From contig NC_042997.1 of assembly GCF_006345805.1 (NCBI RefSeq), forward strand, positions 116,374,001 to 116,438,000: a stretch of 64,000 nucleotides of DNA. Direction: 5' to 3'. Source of the DNA: Octopus sinensis. Its lineage: Eukaryota. Within the stretch, counting starts at the first letter, position 1. The number at the start of each line of letters is the position of its first letter. Positions 61,201 through 64,000 of the stretch are shown piece after piece. The translations under genes were made by a program, and so were the position numbers. The notes beneath the pieces were generated by a model. It made no database searches, was not told the DNA's origin, and saw only the letters and a program-made list of their open reading frames with translations.

Positions 61201-63930
61201 TGTTATACAGGAATCAAGAACTGCTGATCCTAGTTTTTGTAATACCAGCATTTTTTTAATCTCCATTTTTCAGTTGAATAGAGACTAATTAGTGATGACA
61301 CTTAGCAAATCTTGATTTCTTTATAGCAGTGGAAATTACGGAAGAGAATACTTTCAGAGGCAAGTACCTTTCAATAAATTTACATGTAAATAGGTAGACG
61401 TAGCCACTTTTCTTTCAATTTTCAAGAATGAGAAAAGCCAAATAAACAGAAACACAAATCTAACAATGAATTACTTCTGTTTTTGCAACACCTCCTTTAT
61501 TCTCTAGTTCCAAATAATCAACAAATGTCACAGAGGCAATGAAAGGAGACCAAAACTTTTGGAGACAGGCTGTGATTGAGAAGATCCAGCAACCTGACAA
61601 CTAAAGTGAGATCACAGCGATTGCCGATGCCAGTGTTGCATGTCTGGCTCATTTAAAAGTACCCTTGATGCATCAGGCGATATGCTTGAGAAGACCTGTT
61701 AAGTCAGGTAAAACCTAAATCGTAGTTGTGGCCAGTGTCCACGGACTGGCTCCCATTCTGGTGGCATGTAAAATGCATCATCTGAACGTGGTCAATGCCA
61801 GTGCCCCCTGACTGGCTCTCATGCTGGTGGCACATAAAAAGCACTATACAAACATGGCTGATACCAGTGCCCTCTGACTGGCTCCCGTGCTGGTGGCATG
61901 TAAAAAGCACTATCCAAACGTGATTGATGCCAGGTCCGCCTGACTGGCTCCTGTGCCAGTGGCATGTAAAAAGCCTCAGAGTGGTTGGCATTAGGAAGGG
62001 CATCCAGCTGTAGAAACATTGCCAGACCAGATTGGAACCTGGTGCAGCCACTGGCTTTCCAGACCTCAGTCAAACTGTCCAACCCATGCCAGCATGGAAA
62101 TCGGACATTAAACGATGATGATGATGATCTATTATTTTAAAACATTTTCATTCCTTCAAAATCTTTTATAAACATGTATTGAATTGTTGGTATGCTAATT
62201 ATCTCTTTAATTATGATTTCTAGCATTATCACAGTGCCACACAGTTTTTAGATGAAGTCTCTACTCCATTATATCATCCCCAGTAAGGCGGCAAGCTGGT
62301 AGGGTCATTAGCGTGCTGAACGGAACGCTTAGTGCTATGTTCTGGGTTCAAATTCCACCGAGGTCAACTTTACTTTTCATCCTTTTGGGGTCAATAAGTT
62401 AAGTACCAGTTGAACACTGAGGTTGATGTAATCGACTCATCCCTTCTCCTCAAACTGCCGCCCTTATGGCAAAATTTGAAACCATTACATCATCCCCAGT
62501 ATTTGAAATATTGCTTCCCCTCTAAAGGATGAAAGGTAAAACTTGGTTTGGGCAAAGATTGAACTCATATCAGAAAGTGGTTTAACTAAACATCACAAGG
62601 CATTTTGTCAACCATTCCACTAACTTTGCCTATCCATAAACTTCAAGTGTAGAGCAAATTCAAAATATTTTTTTTCTCTGCTCTTTCCATATCTTCATAT
62701 TGACGAATAGAGTTATAATCGATAAATAAATAATGTTCCATTTTATTCATTTATTACTTTACTGTTTCAGGAAACTAAAAGGACAAATTTTGAAGTTTTA
62801 GTAATAAAAATGCCCTTAGAACATATTTTTGTCTAAATGTCTGGAGTAAAGAACTTGAAACAATTCAAGTATGCAACTGATAAAAGAAATGGAAGCAATT
62901 CTCGACCAACCTGACTGTTTGCTCTGTAACTTCTATGTCGACATCTAAGCCAAAAGGATAGCAGCACATCTGAACAACTCGTAACAAGATTTCGGTCGGC
63001 AATTCTGAACTTTTAACATCAACACTAAATACAAAAAAAAAAAAAAAAAAAATCAGAGTTAAAACAAAGAATAATTTAATTATTATTATTTTATATGAAA
63101 TGTATTAATAATAAAAAAACAAAAATCTATTTTGAAATCTCAGTATTGTTTATAGACCTGGCTGTGTGGTTAAGGTACTCACTTTGTAACCACATGGACA
63201 CAGGAGTGGCTGTGTGGTTAGTAGCTTGCTTAACAACCACATGGTTCCTGGTTCAGTCTCACTGCATGGCACCTTGGGCAAGTGTCTTCCACTGTAGCCA
63301 TAGGCTGACCAAAGCCTTGTCAGTGGGTTTGGTAGATGGAAACTGAAAGAAAGCCGTCGTACGTACGTACATACATACATATGTACATACACACATACAT
63401 ACATACATACACACATACATACATACATACATACAGACAGACAGATAGATAGATATATGTGTGTGTGTGTGTGTATGTTTGTGTGTCTGTGTTTGTTCTC
63501 TCAACATCGCTTGACAACCTATGCTAGTGTGTTTACATCCCTGTAACTTAGCAGTTCAGCAAAAGACACCTATAGAATAAGTCCTGAGATCAATTTGCTC
63601 GACTAAAGGTGGTACTCCAGCATAGCCACAGTCAAATGACAGAAACAAGTAAAGAGTAAAGAGTTATTCTTTTATTCTGTTAAGAACATCAGCTGAGATC
63701 ATGTTGGGGCACCACCATCTTGGAAAACTTTTTAAAAAGCAAAACAATTCATTGTTAAAAATGATAAACTGAAGAAAAAAAAAAAGATCATACATCATTT
63801 TGTGAACAATTCAAGACCACAGATACCTTTTAATGAGGATTGCAAGAAATTCCTTGGTTAACAAATGGTTAAGTGATAGCATAAATATTTTGTCTGGTAC
63901 AGATAAATAAGTGACAAATTCCTGAGGAAC
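16714..63930 (-). CDS. STK36: Serine/threonine kinase 36 (Fused) orthologue, 3' ten coding exons (C-terminal ARM/HEAT region); 5' part lies outside the window
   Basis: Manually spliced exons: 63930-63827, 63024-62911, 53139-52977, 44151-44007, 42359-42236, 36659-36599, 31228-31099, 27566-27494, 25642-25546, 16899-16714. They total 1197 nt with no internal stop; all introns are GT-AG with matching phases. Motifs recalled from vertebrate STK36 align in order: [10 protein letters not shown] (QLLCFPFALD), [10 protein letters not shown] (ELPISLLTRL), [17 protein letters not shown] (DKDPVVRCSASFAVGNA), [20 protein letters not shown] (LLEMACGD..VKEAALIALRSL), SPR...HCNKLLEVL (SPR..HCRKLIHLL). Homology is from memory, not a database search. 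Confidence 0.9.
17139..17338 (+). mobile_element. Repeat family H (probable Penelope-like pseudo-LTR) with a variant hammerhead
   Basis: Homologous to 9836-10036 in the opposite orientation; unclassified apart from the hammerhead-like fold. Confidence 0.65.
17147..17202 (+). ncRNA. Type I hammerhead-like motif with a G3:C8-swapped core
   Basis: 7-bp stem I TTTGTCA (17150-17156)/TGACAAA (17194-17200); core GTGAACA plus extra nt; stem II GTTGT/GCGAC (consensus GTCGC/GCGAC), 9-nt loop; GAA; palindromic AATATT stem III; H17=T. Confidence 0.55.
17925..18290 (-). mobile_element. SINE family A, two tandem copies (tail2)
   Basis: Repeated ggatgaaaggcaaagtcgacc...gaatttgaactcag. Confidence 0.8.
20108..20525 (+). 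repeat. Imperfect tandem duplication, ~245-bp period
   Basis: gatgtacttcaaattactcca.taaaca.gatactccaataaata begins at about 20108 and about 20353. Confidence 0.8.
21093..22010 (-). mobile_element. 5'-truncated RTE LINE (ORF end, 3' UTR and (GAT)n tail)
   Basis: ORF 21786-21992 [33 protein letters not shown], followed by the shared 3' UTR ending taaatgatgatg. Confidence 0.85.
22048..22350 (-). mobile_element. RTE 3'-end copy
   Basis: Shared 3' UTR and (ATC)n on the plus strand. Confidence 0.85.
23455..24250 (+). mobile_element. SINE family B, two head-to-tail copies
   Basis: First copy truncated at ctaaaggc and joined to a second head. Confidence 0.85.
24281..24845 (+). mobile_element. SINE family A trimer
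   Basis: Three cores joined through aaagaaataggtattt; the last carries a third tail type. Confidence 0.8.
25546..25642 (-). CDS. STK36: STK36 exon, [32 protein letters not shown]
   Basis: Acceptor ttttatttatttccag, donor AAG|gtgcag (weak consensus); 97 nt. Confidence 0.92.
25677..26162 (-). mobile_element. Two partial family E copies (25677-25793 and 25995-26162)
   Basis: Both carry the tail ctcttaaatatagaactg and stem II ggctg..cagcc; one is truncated at the CUGA, the other has lost GAAAC-stem III. Confidence 0.75.
26163..26513 (+). mobile_element. SINE-like family E (tRNA head, (AAT)n, hammerhead-bearing Penelope-type 3' part), interrupted by an RTE tail fragment at ~26250-26350
   Basis: Head ggtgtagtggttaagagcgcggtctactaacctcaag..ttcaattcc, then aataccttaggaatgagaacccaggttcgaaat and gacacCTGATGAaggctg..tagctGAAA. 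Confidence 0.8.
26880..27108 (+). mobile_element. RTE 3'-end copy
   Basis: Shared 3' UTR core aaaagcacccactacact...ttaggaagggcatcc. Confidence 0.8.
27494..27566 (-). CDS. STK36: STK36 exon, [23 protein letters not shown](N)
   Basis: Acceptor cttctaatatag, donor CAA|gtaagt; 73 nt. Confidence 0.9.
27886..28360 (+). mobile_element. SINE family A, two tandem copies
   Basis: Two taaggcggtgagctgg heads; tail1 then tail2. Confidence 0.8.
28782..29500 (-). mobile_element. RTE 3'-end copy with an expanded internal ~65-bp subrepeat
   Basis: (ATC)n, shared UTR, about five copies of ggtgctttttacatgccaccggcacgg...accac.tttggat. Confidence 0.85.
30140..30588. mobile_element. Foldback/MITE with ~190-bp inverted arms and a 67-nt spacer
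   Basis: 30140-30330 is the near reverse complement of 30398-30588. Confidence 0.85.
31099..31228 (-). CDS. STK36: STK36 exon, [43 protein letters not shown](S)
   Basis: Acceptor atattgcag, donor CCA|gtaagt; 130 nt; HEAT/ARM repeat. Confidence 0.93.
31860..32256 (+). mobile_element. RTE 3'-end copy including the ORF terminus
   Basis: agagggagacctagg...gacatgggatgaagt ORF-end segment, then the UTR and (GAT)n. Confidence 0.75.
32460..32903 (-). mobile_element. SINE family B copy with an RTE tail fragment in its linker
   Basis: Family B halves flank ccatccagtccgtgccagcatggaaagcagacgttaaac (about 32690-32740). Confidence 0.75.
35590..35978 (-). mobile_element. SINE family B copy
   Basis: Both halves with a (TA)n linker. 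Confidence 0.8.
35985..36512 (+). mobile_element. RTE 3'-end copy
   Basis: ORF-end segment, full 3' UTR and (GAT)n; ends about 90 nt from an STK36 exon donor. Confidence 0.85.
36599..36659 (-). CDS. STK36: STK36 exon, [20 protein letters not shown]
   Basis: Acceptor atactttcag, donor AAA|gtgagt; 61 nt. Confidence 0.92.
37298..37525 (-). mobile_element. SINE family A copy with an imperfect ~20-bp TSD, nested in an RTE-like remnant
   Basis: cttgtctcgtgaattactta (37278-37297) versus cttgtcttgtaagttactta (37526-37545). Confidence 0.8.
37880..38330 (-). mobile_element. CR1/L2-group LINE ORF2 3' end fragment
   Basis: ORF 37910-38203 [18 protein letters not shown]...[16 protein letters not shown] resembles the FxxRGPxLFNxLP...FKxxLDxxLxxIPDxP terminus. 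Confidence 0.65.
39091..39830 (-). mobile_element. RTE 3'-end copy containing a 28-bp tandem expansion
   Basis: Shared UTR interrupted by 12 tandem units at 39121-39456. Confidence 0.85.
39121..39456 (+). repeat. 28-bp minisatellite, 12 units, derived from the RTE 3' terminus
   Basis: Unit about GCTGGCATGG(G/A)TTGGA(C/T)(G/A)GTTTGACC(A/G)G. Confidence 0.95.
40325..40707. mobile_element. The same piggyBac-type MITE dimer in reverse orientation (second unit truncated)
   Basis: aaagggTTAA at 40451-40460 and 40701-40711; same spacer as at 8446-8476. Confidence 0.8.
42236..42359 (-). CDS. STK36: STK36 exon, [40 protein letters not shown](R)
   Basis: Acceptor tcttcaatacatag, donor AAG|gtaagt; 124 nt. 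Confidence 0.92.
42591..42902. mobile_element. hAT (Charlie/Tip100-like) MITE inserted in a family B SINE
   Basis: TIR CAGTGGTTCTCAA / TTGAGAACCACTG; 8-bp TSD gtttagat / gtttaaat (7/8). Confidence 0.9.
42938..43107 (+). mobile_element. Family E copy (headless)
   Basis: tgacctg(aat)n...aataccttaggaatgagaacccagg...gatacCTGATGAaggctg..cagctGAAAtGTCgtgtt. Confidence 0.8.
43014..43059 (+). ncRNA. Minimal type I hammerhead ribozyme-like motif (family E, best-preserved copy)
   Basis: Stem I GATAC/GTGTT; core CTGATGA plus extra A; stem II GGCTG/CAGCT with a 10-nt loop; GAA; 2-bp palindromic stem III A(C>T)GT; H17=C (GUC site after 43054). Three substitutions from the consensus still leave G.U pairs. 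Confidence 0.65.
43638..43910 (-). mobile_element. RTE 3'-end copy
   Basis: Shared UTR and (ATC)n. Confidence 0.85.
44007..44151 (-). CDS. STK36: STK36 exon, [48 protein letters not shown](G)
   Basis: Acceptor gtttattttcag, donor ATG|gtaagt; 145 nt. Confidence 0.9.
44380..44745 (-). mobile_element. SINE family B copy
   Basis: Both halves with a (CA)/(TA) linker. Confidence 0.8.
45520..45815 (+). mobile_element. RTE 3'-end copy
   Basis: Shared UTR and (GAT)n. Confidence 0.85.
46277..46945 (+). mobile_element. SINE family A, head-to-tail trimer separated by (TAT)n
   Basis: Heads at 46277, 46517 and 46724, all with tail2. Confidence 0.85.
47260..47640. repeat. Complex (GT)n/(GAGT)n/(GCAT)n low-complexity tract
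   Basis: Direct inspection; accounts for spurious His/Thr-rich ORFs. Confidence 0.9.
48930..49156 (+). mobile_element. RTE 3'-end copy
   Basis: Shared UTR and (GAT)n. Confidence 0.85.
52090..52905 (+). mobile_element. Two adjacent RTE 3'-end copies
   Basis: Two UTR cores (about 52300-52460 and 52730-52905), the second with a (GAT)n tail. Confidence 0.8.
52977..53139 (-). CDS. STK36: STK36 exon, [54 protein letters not shown]
   Basis: Acceptor ctttctttccacag, donor AAG|gtaatc; 163 nt; overlaps ORF 52947-53171. Confidence 0.9.
55349..56560 (-). mobile_element. 5'-truncated RTE LINE (about 1.2 kb), reference copy for the abundant short (GAT)n-tailed repeats
   Basis: ORF 56000-56281 [46 protein letters not shown] is RTE post-RT region. 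It is continuous with a ~550 nt 3' UTR containing ttaggaagggcatccagctgtagaaa, the palindrome CCATGCTAGCATGG and a (GAT)n tail. Confidence 0.9.
56664..57169 (+). mobile_element. Non-autonomous Helitron
   Basis: 5' A|TC start followed by (TA)n; 3' hairpin CCCGAGCAACGCCGGG (57142-57157) then CTAG|T at 57166-57170; CpG-rich, so probably young. Confidence 0.85.
57172..57530. mobile_element. Foldback/MITE with ~80-bp terminal inverted repeats
   Basis: 57172-57252 pairs with 57450-57530; TA flanks. Confidence 0.8.
58040..58480 (-). mobile_element. Older RTE-type LINE RT/C-terminal fragment (a second subfamily; a related piece lies at ~54990-55150)
   Basis: Frameshifted reading gives [16 protein letters not shown]...KLHHIWQSN...HGIYTRL, typical of RTE RT domain 7 and downstream. 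Confidence 0.65.
58490..58928 (+). mobile_element. RTE 3'-end copy with subrepeats
   Basis: About four internal subrepeats, then the UTR core and (GAT)n. Confidence 0.85.
60100..61240 (+). repeat. Degenerate ~44-bp minisatellite in two blocks (60100-60460 and 61060-61240)
   Basis: Recurring CTATAATCTCTGCTATACAGAGATCAAGAAC(T)GTTGATTGTCCT-like units. Confidence 0.7.
60523..60890 (-). mobile_element. RTE 3'-end copy
   Basis: Shared UTR and (ATC)n; interrupts a 44-bp minisatellite. Confidence 0.85.
61560..62128 (+). mobile_element. RTE 3'-end copy with subrepeats
   Basis: About four ~60-bp subrepeats, the UTR core and (GAT)n. Confidence 0.85.
62911..63024 (-). CDS. STK36: STK36 exon, [37 protein letters not shown](S)
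   Basis: Poly-T tract + gtatttag acceptor, donor AG|gttggt; 114 nt, phase 2 to 2; CCYPFGLD motif. Confidence 0.88.
63199..63665 (+). mobile_element. SINE family B copy with an expanded (TACA)n/(GACA)n linker, preceded by a duplicated head fragment
   Basis: Full family B structure; the linker is about 120 nt of tetranucleotide repeats. Confidence 0.85.
63827..63930 (-). CDS. STK36: STK36 exon (first in window), [34 protein letters not shown](S)
   Basis: Acceptor tttttttttcttacag, donor AG|gtatct; 104 nt, ends in phase 2 matching the next exon. Confidence 0.8.
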
Positions 63931-64000
63931 CTGTAAGAAAAAAAAAATTATTCAACATGTACTAATAACAATATAGAATTATTTAAAAAAAAATAATGAT

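Noticed and set aside
60100-61240. CRISPR-like repeat array
   Set aside because: Eukaryotic context, degenerate contiguous units, no unique spacers and no cas genes
62911-63004. Shorter STK36 exon using the internal gttcag acceptor
   Set aside because: The upstream acceptor at 63024 has the poly-T tract and is the only one phase-compatible with exon 63827-63930
615-63517. Most of the 60-160 aa ORFs in the supplied track
   Set aside because: They translate microsatellites, SINE bodies or the RTE 3' UTR (the same pseudo-peptides such as [12 protein letters not shown] and YQIHSQGFG recur) and have no coherent gene structure

Overview
AT-rich, microsatellite- and transposon-dense animal genomic DNA. 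The repeat content points to an octopod cephalopod (inference). The only protein-coding gene I can support is the 3' part of an STK36/Fused orthologue on the minus strand. It has 10 exons (63930 down to 16714; 1197 nt = 398 aa + stop), all GT-AG and phase-compatible, encoding the C-terminal ARM/HEAT region. The kinase exons lie beyond the right edge. Its introns and the region left of 16.7 kb are filled with about 30 RTE LINE 3' ends, several tRNA-headed SINE families, piggyBac- and hAT-type MITEs, long-TIR foldback elements, a non-autonomous Helitron, R4/Dong- and CR1-like LINE fragments and mini/microsatellites. The most interesting signal is that two unrelated repeat families carry minimal type I hammerhead-ribozyme folds with palindromic stem III, like those known from Penelope-like elements. 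One family is a tRNA-headed SINE-like element with a canonical CUGAUGA core. The other has a compensatory G3:C8-swapped core. No prokaryotic features, CRISPR arrays, rRNA or intact tRNA genes were found. Repeat boundaries are approximate (about +/-20 nt); exon boundaries were counted base by base.
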